Source: Catajapyx aquilonaris (lineage: Eukaryota). From it: 64,000 nucleotides of DNA. Shown here in pieces: positions 36,601 through 51,600 of the stretch. The stretch's first letter is position 1; each line of letters starts with the position of its first letter. The position numbers and the translations under genes are program-made. Under the pieces are notes generated by a model that was not told the DNA's origin, did not search any database, and saw nothing but the letters and a program-made list of their open reading frames with translations. The stretch is taken from the NCBI GenBank assembly GCA_000934665.2, contig KZ538232.1, forward strand, positions 1 through 64,000, given 5' to 3'.

Positions 36601-39600
36601 ATGGGCCTGTGTTAAGAATTAACAATCACCCATATTCATGTGCCACAGACATTAACAACAAAAATGTAATCAAAAGAGCGTAAAATACAAACCGTCTTGG
36701 TCCTGGGCAGCTTCCGAGCAGTTCCCTGTTCACTTCCCAAAAATGCCAGAAAACCATTGGGCTCTCGTGTCCTGAAGTACAGGGAGAGGCTGGAGGATGC
36801 TGACTGTGAGGCCAGTCCTGGAGGATTCCTCACTTGAAGACTGGAATCTCTCTGGAAGGTGACTCCCACCCTGATACGATCCAATTGTTCCCTGGCCTGG
36901 GCTACCAAGCGACGCAACTCATCCAAGGAAGCCCCTACGTCCCGACCACTCTGTTCAACAATAGGACTTGAACTTGACAACCGCGAAGCTAGATCTGACA
37001 CCTGGGAAAGTAAAAATCATGTTATCACTTTATGATCAACCTTATACTGTAGTTATGCATTTCAATGAATGATCAATAAATAAAGTCGTCACAAATTAAG
37101 GCTTATTTTTCCATTCATGCAACATCTAATTTGTAGTTAAATGTCAAGCAGTATATCTAATATGTCAATAATGCCAGAACATACCTGTGGTATTATTTGG
37201 TGCACTCGATTGACCTGTGAAGTGGCAACATCAATAGCCCGCACTGCATCATCAGCATCCCTGGGGATCTCCCTGGCCCTGTCCAAGTGCTGAGGAAGCT
37301 CCTGGTAAATGTCCTGCACCCTCTCCTGCACACGAGTTGCTTCCAGTGAAGATGTCAATGATTTCAGGTTGGCATCTCGTGCTTGGTCATCTGGTGGAGT
37401 TTGTGGTAATCTCTCAAGGCCTCGCTGGGCAGCATCTGTCATGTTCCTGGCCCTTCCAAGATCCAGAGACACCTCTCGCAAGTACGCCTTCTCACCATCG
37501 ACTCGTGTGCGGTGCTGCATTGAAGCATCTTCAGCCTCACGAGCCAAGTATAGCAAGTTGGTTGACCTGTAAAATGCAATTGCTAAATAAGACATACAAC
37601 CTCGTACATCCAGTCACCTTACTTAGGTACTTTTGGGAGTGAACATAGAAGTCAATAACCACAGAATTATAAGAAAATATATTATCCCAACATCTAGCAC
37701 ATACCGATTTTGTTCACCTCCAGTTTTGTCCCCCAGTCCTTGCCATAGTAAAGAAGCATTTAGTGAAGCTTGGTTAGCATCATGGGCTGCTTTAGAAGCA
37801 TTGGCAATGGCATCCACTATAGTTGAGTATGCTGTGGCAGCAGACAGTCCAGATTCAGATTCATATCGTGTGTCGCGAAGAAGGTCATTCAGCTGTGCAG
37901 CCCGGTGGGTCAGCTTGGCTGCGTGATCTATGGCATCTTGAACAGGGCCGTGCAAGGTCTGCAGCTGCTGGCCATCAAGTACCAAGGTCTCATTCAAACG
38001 TGTCTCAACTTCATTTAGGCGAGACAAGTCATCATCTGAAAAAATGTTTACCATTAGTTAAAGATGCCTATTTACAAGAATGAACTTTGTCTGCCTCCAT
38101 GCAATAACTCACAGAGCTGGGTTGAGACAGTGTCTGCATCCTCCAGGGCTTCCCTAGCATTCTTGAGGGCTTCTTTAGCTACATGAACATCCCCCTGAGC
38201 TTTATCTTCCCTGGCCTCCAAGCCCCGAACTACCTCCGCAGCCCTGGATTCCTTATTTCTTGCACTTAGCCCACTTGCCTCTGCTGCTTTATGCCTGGCA
38301 GCAGAACTGTGATTCCTCAAGTCCACAAGTCTTTCAAGTGTCTCCTTAACCTGACGCTTTGTCTCCTTCAGATTATCCTGAACTGCCTCTGCAGGCCTTG
38401 AAAATTCCGCCAGCCTTACAAGCAACTCCTTGGCTTCTTCCAGCTCCTCAGAAGCAGCTTCCATCTGTTCTGTGCCATTCACTCGATCCAAGTCTTCCTT
38501 CAAGGACTGGGCCTCCCTTACAAGTATCTGTGGAACACATGTCATTATGCAGTAAATGTAAATTATTGACCATTTCAATTGAGGCATTTCAAGATATCTT
38601 GTTGGTACGTAGCTTTGATATCATCTAAAAATTACCATAAACCTATTCTTTACATTTTATCGGGAATACATCTGCATACAATTCAGGAATCTAATCAATC
38701 TTGGTTAGACATAGAAAAGAAGTTCAACAGTAAAATTCTGAATTGTGGTTAGGAGCGAGTCATCCATACGTTTCATTGACAGAACCAGGAGGCGCAAGAC
38801 AAAAATGTAACAAAACTCAACACAATCAAGATGACACTTGGCAACTACAAATTTAATTAGGGAATAAGAACTGCACTAATTGCGTGAATATGTCAGGCAG
38901 AGGGGAGGTTTGAAAGTTTAAAAATAATTTAAAAATTTTAAAAAATTGCATCTCAGTAATTTAGGAGATGATTACACATTATACCTTACAAGTTTGATAT
39001 CGTGCTGGTCCTCCCATATTAAAAACAACTGAAATATTACCTCAGTTTGAGGCCCAGCTCCACCTTCAAGGCCTTCCATCAGACGAAGGACGTCTAGCAC
39101 AACGTTGACTGTCAACTGGTCTGCTTCTGACACTAGCCGCTCCACTTCTGTAGAATTTCGGGCAACCTCGGCTGCATCCATTGCCATCCTGGCAGTTGTG
39201 TCAGCAGTGAGGTTGACAGATCTATGCAAGTTGCGTGACTCATCCTCAGTGGCTGCAACAGCTCCACGCACCTTTTTCAGTGGGTCAGCATTGGTGGTGT
39301 CTAGTAAAGCAACACTAGGCTCAAGAGATGATGCTGTTGAGTTTATGTAGCCTAAACGACGAACGGTCAAGTATGATGATGCAGAAGACTGAAAAACAAT
39401 ATTTAAATCATCCTTAGACAAATGTTTATGTTTATAAAGTAGTAAGAAACATGACAAATTCACACCTACCTGGAAGGTATCCAGAAGTGAGTGCAGCTTT
39501 CCCACTGCCGCATCCTCATCATCCAACAGAAAGTGCACACACAGGTCACATTCCCGACATCCCACCTGTGGTATGAGCACCCACCTGTGTGGACACATGT

Positions 39601-42600
39601 CACACCTCTCCCCAATCACTCCAGGAAGGCACTCGCACTGGCCAGTCCTCTCGTTACATCCCAGGCCAACTGCATACTCCACCTTGTGAATTAAACAGGA
39701 AGATCTTTGTTATATTCATGGTCCAGTATATTCGTCACAATTGATGTTATGTTAAATACAGTCTGCCAAGAACATCAAAAACCCTTCGTAATTTTTTTTT
39801 TAAATACCGTACTTCTGTATGGTCTTTCATGTTCCTAACAAACATAATTATACATTGATGTAGCTGCCAGAATTTTGTGCAGTTATAATTATCACAAATC
39901 ATTTCACGGATTCAATGGTGGGCTAACAGCTTTTGCAACATATTTCTTCTTTGGAGAACTCCGACTGCCTGAAAGCCCTTTTTGGTTATGAATCCAATAA
40001 TTCCAGTGTTGTTCATCTGGCATTTCATGGCTGCAGGCATAACTACCATCCTGCTTTGTGACAATAACAATTAGTAGTGCCCAACTGATATTATAACTGC
40101 TTGTAGCCAAATCCAGTGAACATCTCATATATACTTAGAAAAACTCACATACAGGAGAAAACTTATTCATTGCAAGATTTTCTACATTCAGCCCTGAATA
40201 TACCTAATTTCCAAATAATATCCCACCTTGCACTGGCATTGTTCACATCCTGTAGCACCATAATTCCAGTAACCAGGCAAACAGCGGTCACATCTTCTCC
40301 CTCCAACCCCTGGCCTGCATCGGCACTGGCCACTTGAGTCATCACATTGTCTGCTGTCTGATGCCTCTCCACAGTCACATGAGATGCAACCCTGGCAGGA
40401 TTCAAATCCCCAATGGCCAGGTTCACACTGATCACACTTCTCTCCTCCTACATTTGGAAGACACTCGCATCGACCAGTGTAGCTGTCACATTCTTGGGTA
40501 CCACATCTGTCGCAGTCACAAGCTATATGACAAGGTCAGAAAAAACTTTGGTAAGATCTAAGTAGGTTGGCACTAGGCTAAAGAAATGTCGTCAACTCAC
40601 AAACTATATCGCTCAAAAATATGGAGATGATTGTGCATTTGGTTCCAATGCAAAAACGTCTCCATCATTTTGAACAACATACCACATCAGGAGACTACTA
40701 TACAAAAAAAACTTTGTTGTGATTACATTTTTCAATTACTTATGGGAATAGAGAGGGGTGACAAATCAGGCTCCACCCCAGGTTCCAACATGTTGGCTAT
40801 GCTGTTAGTTGAGCCTTATGAATAAGTTACTTGAAGACGGAGCAAGTGGAAGGTACATACTTTGACAGTCCTTGTGGTACACAGCATCCCCATAATATCC
40901 GGGTGCACATAAGGCACATGCTCTTCCACCAGTGTTGTTGAGGCAGCGGAGACACTCCCCAGTGTAGGAGTCGCAGGCATAAGGATCAAAGGCATCAATG
41001 TTTCCAGAGCAGTCACATCTCTGGCAGCTCTCTCCTGGAATCTCAGGTCGACCAAAATACCCTGCAGCACATACCTCACAACGGGAGCCATAGTAACCTT
41101 TTTTGCACTGACAGTTGATGCGGACACCATCTCCACTCACTTCACAACTGTCAGCAAAACTAAAAAAAGGTGGATAACAACAGTTAGTTCCAGATTTCCT
41201 GATCACATCATACAGAGGGGTATTATTAAGATTTTTAGCTAATCATATTATAATTCATTGTTGAAAAGCTTAAATGGGAAGTGCTGAAAATGAGACATAC
41301 TTGTTAGACACCAGTGGTAATGGACAGGCACAGATAAGGCAATCATATGGTGTTCCATGAGTGGCAACTCCATGGTATCCTGCAGAGCAAAACTCACAGT
41401 GATCTCCTGTGGTGTTGTGTTGACATCCCTGAATAATTGAAGTACTGCTTTAGTAACCATAACTTCCAAAACACATCTGTACACTTACATAACACTTCCC
41501 AGTAACAGAGTCACACTCCTGCGAGTGTCCATTGCACTGGCATGGAACACAGAACCCACCATATGGGCCAGTATGCGCTCTAAAGTGACCCTTTGCACAC
41601 CTCTCACAGGACAGACCTTCATAGTTCTCTGGACATTGGCACTGCTCCACCATCACTGCTTGAACACCGCCAGCAGCTGAAGTCAGAATAGCATTATCTG
41701 ACAGAATTCAAACACTAGTGTGGACGAAGGAGACATTAATGAACTCAAGCTATATCCAATGTTCTATCATCAACAACAACATATTTCGCTATGAAATGAG
41801 TCGTCAGTGATGAAGATAACAGATTAATTCACAAAGATGGTTAAGCCAACATGGCATACACTAACAGATTGGCATTCACTGCACAGTAATACAACATTAT
41901 AATATTATTTTAAACAACCCTGACTACCCTGAACAATCACAATCAAGTCATAAATCTCCTGTGGCCAGTTCACCTTGTATGTACAGTACCACAGTGAGCA
42001 AAAAAATGGAGATGACTGGTTGCAGATTTGTTTTTTTATTGGAGAAACCAATGCAACTAAGGCAACCAGGTAAAACTGGTCTTTAGGTGAGACATTGGGA
42101 ACGGAACAAGAACGCTATACAGTAGCATCCTCCGACCATATCTAGCATTCAAGAAATCTTTCCATAAACCCTTGACAAGTTATCTCCATCTTTTTGCTAC
42201 TGATGGTACATACAAGTATAATACTGTACTTATACTATGGAAAAATTCAATTCTGTAAGCCTGTGTTCCCAAGCTCATGATAAGCCTTCTTGCTCATCCT
42301 TTTGCTACATGAGTTTCTCATGAGCTTGACAACACATCTTAAGAATTTAATAATTGTAATGGTTTGCAATAATACCCCGATTTCTCAGGAAAAGTCACGT
42401 CCACTATAAAAAGTACTTCTTTTCAAAATCAGCAGAATGAATATTGTTATCCACATCCATTGCCTACTAGATGGTAGTCACAATACCTGTTCCAGGTGCC
42501 TTTACAGTAGATATGCGGACATCCTCCAGCCTGGATTGAACAACTCCTTTCCCATAATCTGCACGGATCAGCAGAGACCGGAGGTCGCCCAGGGTGACCA

Positions 42601-45600
42601 TCAGCTGCTCTCGGGTGGCAATGGCACCAGACGGGAGGAGGAAGTGGCGTTCACTCACTGGTACAGACATGTGTCTGGGTGCACCATGATCAACAGGGGG
42701 CTCAAAATACAGCAGCCAAGTGTCTGCTCCCTAAAGTACAAAATATAAGGGATTTTTTAAAAATTATCACCTCCTATTCAGAGATAGCATAACTGACCAT
42801 AAGTATGAGATCAGGCATGTTCCTCCTGTCCTCTTCCCCTCCTAATGAAGTGACAGTATAGTTTACAAATCCTCCATATGCTGTGAGCTGGTTGGCCAAG
42901 TACTCAGGTGGAGCTGCCCAATACAGAGCTCGTGACTCATCCTCCTCTTCCTCCTCATCCCCAGTGCTGTACAGATCAAGCTGAGCCATTCCCTCACTCT
43001 CAGTCACCCCAAATGCAGCACTGGCTGATGTGGTAACTACTCCCTTTGATGTCAGTTGAGCAGACACTACCTCCCAACTGGCCATGTTTTGGATACTTCC
43101 TCGAAACAGGAGAGCACTCCCACACCTACCCAACATTCAGAAATAGCATTATGAGAGTTACACGTATCACATGCAATCACATGAAACAATAGTGCATCAC
43201 TGTTCACTGCATGTGACTTGGTTCAGTAAATAATGCCACAAGCCTGACCTGGTAGATTTCCCAAAGCAAAAGCATTTGGTGCATCCATCTGGATTGTCCT
43301 CCTGCAGATTGAAAGTTCCCTCTCGGCAGGTATCACATGAGTAACCTCCAACATGCTGCTTGCAAAAGCATTCTGAAGAAGTCTGGTCGCATATGTTTTC
43401 TGTTGTCCCCCTCAAATCACAGTGGCACAGCTGGCAGAATGGAAACCCATAGTACCCTGCCTCACACCTCTGACATGTTTTCCCAACAACATGCTGGCGG
43501 CACCTGCACTGGCCAGTTGAAGATTCACACTGCATCTCACCAGCATCCGTACCAACAGGACTGCACCCACACTCCTCACACCCAATGATGGGGTCAAATC
43601 CATAGGTGTTGGCCATGCATGTGTCACACCTCTCACCTGTGACACGTGGTGGGCAGACACATTCTCCAGTTTCAGGGTCACACAATGCGGTTGAGGGACA
43701 GTTGCATGGTTTGCAGTCAGGAAACCCGTAAAATCCAGTGCGACAAATCTCACAGCGTCGTCCCACAACATTAGGCTTGCAGTGACACTGGCCTCCAAAG
43801 CGTTCACAATCAAAACTTACAGAGCCATCAAAGTCACACTGACATGAGAGAGCACCATTGTTGTATTCGGTTGTTAGAGAGAAGACTGCATCACGACAGA
43901 ATCCTGAACAACAAGAGAACACTTCAATTAATAAAACAATATTATTTACAAATTTGTGTATAACTTTCACATAACCAAATTTACGTAATATAAGCAAATG
44001 GAGGAACAAACCTTACAACAAATTAACATGCATCAGTTAGCAAAACAAGATTGGCAAATCATGCAAGCATGATTCAAGTAGATTTGATTTCATTGGGCAG
44101 TGGGATATGAGGCTGACAACTGGTTGAAATTGTTAGATTTGAATCATATCATATCTGTCATGGTGTGAATCGATATGAATTGATATATCAGCCCCTACTT
44201 TTTAATACAGAACCCCATTTGCAATACACCCTCAACTCTGCATTGTCCTAATGTTACACTTATTATGACGCTGGGCAATTTAATAAATAAGTTACTTGAA
44301 AATTACAAAAATAACAATCTAGGTACGGTACCTTCTGTTCGTGGGTGTATGTAAAAGTTGTCTGATGCACAACGTGCCAGGAAATCTCTGGTTCTGTCCA
44401 AGGGCTGCTCAGAAAGTACATCCTCAGTGTACTGTTCCTCTGGAACCACCATCACATAGTCCAGCCACACTGTACGTGCCTCCTAAGGTACATTAACTTC
44501 AGCAATAAGCTGTCTCTGATTATGCACACAAAGATACCTACCTTGATGGTGATAATAAAGTTCTCAGTAATCTGGAAGCGACGATTGCCATCTGCTTGAC
44601 GCACAACTGCTCTGCAGCCAGACACAGAAGGGCAATGCTCGATTGGTAAGGTGGCCTCATAGATATGACCATTATGAATTAGGACATCCGTGGTAAATTC
44701 TGAAGGGATTCAAAAGATGCATCATAAATATTACAATAAAACTAACATCCAAATTGTCATTATGAAGATGATTTGACTGCCATTTATGAGGTCCAGGCTA
44801 TACTGATCTCCTCTGTCGCAAACAATAGAAAACATTCTTGGCCCTGCTAAACACTAACCTGGATAATCTGGCTGATAATAATGGACCACCATAACATAAC
44901 TTCCTGGCTGTGAAACTTTCCCACTGACTTCCACCATGGAATCCTTTTTCTGCAACAATACCAGTCCAGCTTCTCTGTCTAATATTCCCTCAGGAAGACT
45001 CTCTGCTGGAGTTCCTCCAGCTGACTCAAACTCCACCCTTGCTGAATCAGGTGGGAATAGGAACAAACCAGGAAGGCATCGGCCATCCTGCCGCACACAT
45101 GCACTCCTTGGACGTACCAATCCTTCTGACCATTCTTTTAATGGGACTGCAGCAACTGAGGCAACTGCTGCAGAAGCAGCAGCTCCATCAGGTTTCAACA
45201 CCAGACTTATGGAGTTACTGTCCAGTTTGAAGACAGCTGGTTCACCTTCTCTTGTGCGAAACACTTGCCTGCAGAGAAATCCTAGGTTGCAGTCATAGAG
45301 TAAGGCTTTTCCACGGTGACGACCTTTGGTGGAGCGTATGTCAACCTGGATGCTTCCAGGGCGCCCCTCAATACGTTCTGGAGAATAGTATATCAGCAGA
45401 AGTATATGTTTGCCTGGTTTGGTCACACGCAAGTCAAAATGTACTTCAGGCTGGGTCTCATTAACAATCACCATTTGCTCAAAGTGAACCTGAAAGTAGA
45501 AGTTTACAATTAGTAAATCAGTTATTACTACATTGTCAAAAAAATGACCTTAGCCCTTAGCACAGGTGCAAACTAGGTAATATGTGACAGTGATGAAAAG

Positions 45601-48600
45601 ATGCACCTGCAAATTTTCAGCCTGATGTCATAGTAGCATTGCCTAGGACTTGGCCTTAGGGAGCACACAAAAAACCCAAAAAAAAACTTCTAAACCAGAA
45701 TAAGAAACATAAAATGTCAACATACCTCATTGTTGGAATAGACGTGACCAGGTGTTAACCTGTCATCTTCACTGGCAATATATGCTCCTCTTGAACGCAC
45801 CTGATCAAAATGGGATGCATTTGGGTAGGCTAGATGCAAGCAAGGGTTCATTGGATCATCCCCATCCCTGCAAACCCTCCAGACTGGAAGCTGTAATGCT
45901 CCAGCCTCATAGTAAGCTGCAGGAAGCAGGACAATGTAATCCACTTGAATCGAGCCCTGGTCCACTTTCAACCCCAGACTCCATCTGCCTGGGTTCAAGA
46001 CGAATGGGGAGGGAACAGCACCAGCTTCACCAGCAACAGTGACAAACTGGGGAACGGAGGCAGGCTCAAAGCGGACTTGGTAGGACTGCTCAGTCTCATG
46101 GAGGTTTTCAGGAGTGGCTCGGATCTTGCCCACAACAGCTTCAGTGCCAGGGTTCCGGTAACGGACCACCACACGATACACTGATGGTTTGTCCACAATG
46201 GCATCCACAACCACTTCATCCTGAAATACACAAATTACATTTAAGTAACTCAATTTCTTTCTAAATTGTGGTAACTATTCACACTAAGAATTTTTTAAAT
46301 ATAATTTTGTTTACCCCGTGATGTCTCTTATGGGTTCTATAGGGGGGTGGCACACCACCATCAGTCTTCTATATATTTTTCAGCTTCTTTCTCCGGTGCA
46401 AGGAAACAGGGACATTGGGAAAGGATAGGGATTGTTGGGGAGGGGACACTTGTGCAGGTGCAATGTCTTAAACCTTTGGGCCATGTGCAGTCCCCCAGGA
46501 GGTTATGTTGCCAGACACCTCCAAGGTGCAGGTGAGAGACCCTCCCGACGCAGGTGAAAGGTAACTCCCAGGCGGGGATCGAACCTGAGACCTTTCTCTC
46601 AGCAAGCCGGCCTATTGGCCACTTATTTTAAAATATTCGTACATACTGAGTCGGTCTAAACCAGTGGTCCCCAACCTGTGCATTGAGATCCCCAAGGTGG
46701 TCGCGAAGGGTTTTCTAGGGGGTCACCAAGGTAGTTTTTACATTAACAATTGCGAATATAAGTATGCTATGAGGTTATGAAATTTTTTTGTTTTCTTTAC
46801 CCTATAAAAATGCATTTTTATGCAAATTTCCTATAAAATTTCGTGAAAGTAAAAAATATATTACTGCAGCCACCATGCGACCCCCCAGAAAAGGCTTTGC
46901 GACACCCAAGGCCCAAGGGGATCGCGGCCCACAGGTTGGGAACCACTGCACTAAGCTTTGCCACACCAGTTTTGGGCTATTACTTTTGCCAGCTCTATTT
47001 GGACCATCGGCCATAACACGGGCAATACGTTGAGCCTGGGTCAACTCCTTCCTGTTGCCCTTCCTCTTCCATGACATTTTTAAACTGTACAGTGAACAGT
47101 GAACTAAACTTGAAGGCAGGGCACCCATACGAATCATGAGTCACATTCTTCTTGGCCCCCATGCACCGTCCCTTCATTTTCCAACCAGAAATACTGTAGT
47201 TCCCTTTCCTCACCAATATCTTCAAAGCCATGGTCAGACAGCAATTTCAGCAATTATGGGACACACAGTATGGATGTATGGTGTAGGGCAGTGATTTCCG
47301 TTATGAACAGAGATTTCCGTTATGAACAGAGATTTTCTCTGAAGGGAGACAGAAATCCCTTCCATGTTAGGTAGGTTCCGCTATATCCGTCAATATATAC
47401 ATTGCATGCCCTGTGCATATGCCCGTTCCCCGCAGAAAAATTTCAGCAATGGGTTACACAATAGGGTCCACAATGGGCAGGTTTTACTGTAAGTGTGCTG
47501 ATTGGATGTATGTCAGGTTTTTAATTTGTGTCTGGCAAGTCTACTTCCAAATCCAACGAAATTCCCTGCAATTCCCACCCCACCCCCCCCACCCTCGGAA
47601 TGACAATACGAACCCATGTGTGAGGTGACCATCAGATGGGTTGAATTTACAGCGATAGGCCGATAGGAAGTGTAAAAAAAGAGAGTTGCAAGACATCAAT
47701 CAGCACAGTGCTAAACTCAGCGGCTGCCAGCACAGTAAGTAAAGGCCGGTATCCAAGCAAGTCATTGTTTGAAAGTGGTTTGAAATAATAGGCGTATTCG
47801 GCAATTCAGATTATTCTGGGATGCGTCACGTGATATCTGAGTTGTTAGCCCTGCCCCTCAGAAGATTATTGCCGAACCCTACCCCCCCCTACCCGCCTGT
47901 GCTGCATCCCAGTGATATGCCAATGTTCGGGTATTTCCGTGCCGTATTTCGGACGCTTGCGGGTAATGGTGCGGGTAAAATGAAAATGCGGGTAAAATCG
48001 GGTATTTTCAGGTCCTCTCGCGGGGTTTTTGGGCATTTTGCATTGGCAACACTGCTGCATCAATAACATGAATTTGTTGTCCGCCATGTTTCTCAGCAAG
48101 TAAGTCAGGTCAGGAGTAAAGTTCCTGAGCTTGGGAAGTCAGGTAGGGCGCATGCGCACTTACTTCAGGGGGCGTGGCACCTGATTTGCCGAACATCCAA
48201 ACAGCCCAGGAAGTCAGATTCCTGAATTGCCGAATACGCCTAATATCCCACAATTTGTCAACAATATGCCTTGTTTACTTGCTGCTGTGGCATATCCATG
48301 GATACTTGAGAACAGATATATTGTTGAGAATTCTACTCTGCTTACCTGAAGGGGTGAGAATATGGCATATCCCTTCCAGGAATAGTCCGGAAATTCATAA
48401 TCGCTGAATCCAAAGCGAACTGGTGAGTTGTGAGGGGTTCGCCCATCCTCCATTTCATATTGGAATTGAAAGAGAGTTGGAGTATAGTGAATGTCCAGGG
48501 CCTCATTGCATGTACGACCTGTCACTCGTGGCCGGCAGAGGCACTGGCCACGCTCCTTGTCACAAATACCATGCACTGCACCTCCAGGGTCACATCCGCA

Positions 48601-51600
48601 GCCTAAGGTGCAATTTCCAAATGTCAATATTTCACTCTCAAGATGGCATTCAAATCACATACCAGTACATCCAAGCAGGTTCCCTTCCTCCAAGCCAAAG
48701 TATCCATCGAGACAGGTCTCACACCTGCGTGACCCTACCCTTGACTTACAATTGCACTGGCCAGTTGTCCCACTGCATGTTAAGAGGCCTCCAAGCACAC
48801 CCGGAGGGTGGCAATCACAGTCTAAAAATTTAATGCATCATGTCAATCACACAGGGCAGATTTATTTAACGGGGTCCCCAGTAAATATACAGCAGGACTG
48901 ATCCAAGTGGAAAATGATGATTTCTTATTATGTCCGATAGTTGTGTATAGCCCTGGTATAGCTTAATGCTAATTTGCAATCTTATAAGAAAGGCAAAATA
49001 ATAATAATAATAGGTCTTACTACCCTTTTTTTACTGAAGGGAATGTTTTTGCTCTTATCCAGTCAGTATGGATTGTATGGATTCGAAAAGATTACATTTA
49101 TACCTTGGCATCCTAGAGGATTACGTGCTTGCAGGTTGTAGTACAAGGGTTGGCACTCATTGCATATTCTTCCGGCAACCCTCTCCTTGCACTGGCATAG
49201 CTCCCCTCGTGGAAGTGACCCACACCCCTGAAATGTGGCCACCACTCCAGCTGGGTCACAGTTGCATTCTTCACATGCTGGGAAGTTGTAAAATCCCTCT
49301 CTGCATCGGTCACACTTTTCGCCATCAAAATTTCGCTTGCATTGGCAGCGACCTTCTGCATCACATGATACACCAAGAGAGCCATCTAGGTCACAGTTGC
49401 AAGGAAGGCATTCTGGAAATCTTCAAATACAAAATAAGATCAGTAATACCAAAACAAGCTGCAATATGATAACTCTCTGACTGTCAAACATAAGTTGAAA
49501 ATATCAAAATGGAGTCACAGAAGTCGCTCTTTTGCTTAGACTTAGAGTATACATCTGCCAGTGCTCTTGGGACATTGGAAACACATGCAGTGCTTCACAT
49601 TTGAGTTCTCCTTGATCTACCAGTACTATGCATTTTTCATTACCTGAAATATCCAGGACTGCACTGATCACAGGCTCTCCCTGCAAAGTTAGACAGACAT
49701 GGACACTGTCCAGAGGTGTCACACACTTTTGCAGAACTCCCTCCTGCCCAGCAATCACAGGATCTGCATGTTGGGTAGCCATAGTACTCAGCATGGCAGA
49801 TGTCGCATCGAGCACCTCCATACCCCTCTCTACAGATGCACTGACCAGTGTGCTTGTCACACACTTCTGCTGTTGTACCCTCCTTGTCACAGTTACAGTC
49901 TGAAATTGGTAATAATGATAATAGAATTAATAATAATAATAATAATAATAATAATTCATACCCCATTATCAGCCATAATAGAATTATTGCTGTATATGCT
50001 CAGCTTCAACAAGGTGTCACTATTGCAACTGCTACTAGTAGTGTACTTTTACAATGGTGTAAATTTTCATTATTAATGACAGGAAATCGTATATCATCAG
50101 TATTTATATTACTAGCATTAGAGCAAATCTGTACTTGCATGATCACAACACAAGTCTGTCTCTAAGCCTCAATAAATTGATTGCCATAAGATGGTGACAA
50201 ATGCCTTGTACACAATATAACAATGGTCAGTCATTACAATGCAATGGTATAAAATTACATACATATGCAGTGTGGATAACCGTAGAACCCATTGTCGCAT
50301 TGGTCGCAGGACAATCCTCCATAGGTGTTTTGGCATTCGCATTGACCTGTCTCTCGGTTGCAGTCTGGAGAAACTGCTCCAGTGAGGTCACAGCTACATG
50401 CTAGAAGAATATTTCAAAAATATGTGAAGAACATTTATCATCTTATGACTAATAAAAATTAGTATTCCAGGAAATATACTGTCAGGAAAAATCTATTACT
50501 GTTTGAATACTGGGTCCTGCAGCCCAGACTCAAAAGGTGAAAATCTACATTAAATTTGCATCATTGCTGCTTATGGTTGTAACATTAGTGGGGCATCACA
50601 TTTACAATATAACTATCAATATTGTAATATTTTAACATTTCTAGAACACAAATAATACTGTCAGTCTGGATCTCTTCATTCTCTTGCATGTTGCTCCAGA
50701 ATTAACTTACGATTGCATTCTGGAAATTTGAAAAATGTTGGGGCACACTCTCTGCAGTGCAGTCCAGCAAAGTTGTACAGGCAGGGACATTGTCCCCCTC
50801 CAACTTCACAGATGGCATTCTCCGTCCCATTCTGAAAGCAGTCGCATGGGCGGCACTCTGGGTAGCCAAAGTGACCTTCGCTACATTGGGTGCAGTCAGG
50901 AGGTGCATACTGTTCCTTGCACTCACACTGGCCAGTTCCATCCATGCAATTTCCAGTTGTGAAAGGAGTATCACAGTCGCAGCCTGAAAGAATTCCCAGG
51001 CATATGATAATGCAAGACCGCTATTCACATATTTTCTCATTAAATTGTTTTCTGTCTCTTTGTAGAAATCAATATTAGCTATTTACATGGTCTGCCAATT
51101 TTAATGCAGTGTCAATGTGATTAACAACAAATTTATGATACAGTCACTTCAGTGAACAGGAATATTATAATTTTATATATCCTTGCCTTGGATATCACAG
51201 CATAGTATTAACTATCACCTCATCCTGCAATTTGTGCAGCAATGCATCCCAAAATCTCTAATATAAGTTAATTTACAGGCAAATGCACTGAGTTCTCACA
51301 TACATTTTCCCATTACATAGGTTTGGTATGAATCTCACTCATCTTCTCTAGACTACCATATCTAGAGTCTAGATCTAGACTTTCAATGCACTGCCTCATC
51401 AAAGGCGGTGAGCAGCTTCCCATTGTGTGGTTGCTGATGTCCTGCCCAGCTGCATGCATCAGCAATCACAATGTATGACCATGATACTGAACCTGGGTTG
51501 CACTGGAATTACATGATTAGATAGGCCTCTATGAACCCGGCTTGTTCAATTCAGCATCATTCTCTGTCACTTCCTTGTTATCCATGGCCTTTTATCAATG

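Noticed and set aside
41783..41808. Minus-strand CTGACGA...GAAA hammerhead-like spacing
   Set aside because: Stem II does not close properly and flanking stems are absent.
46565..46625. Second tRNA gene
   Set aside because: Has a B box but no complete cloverleaf; treated as a SINE head.
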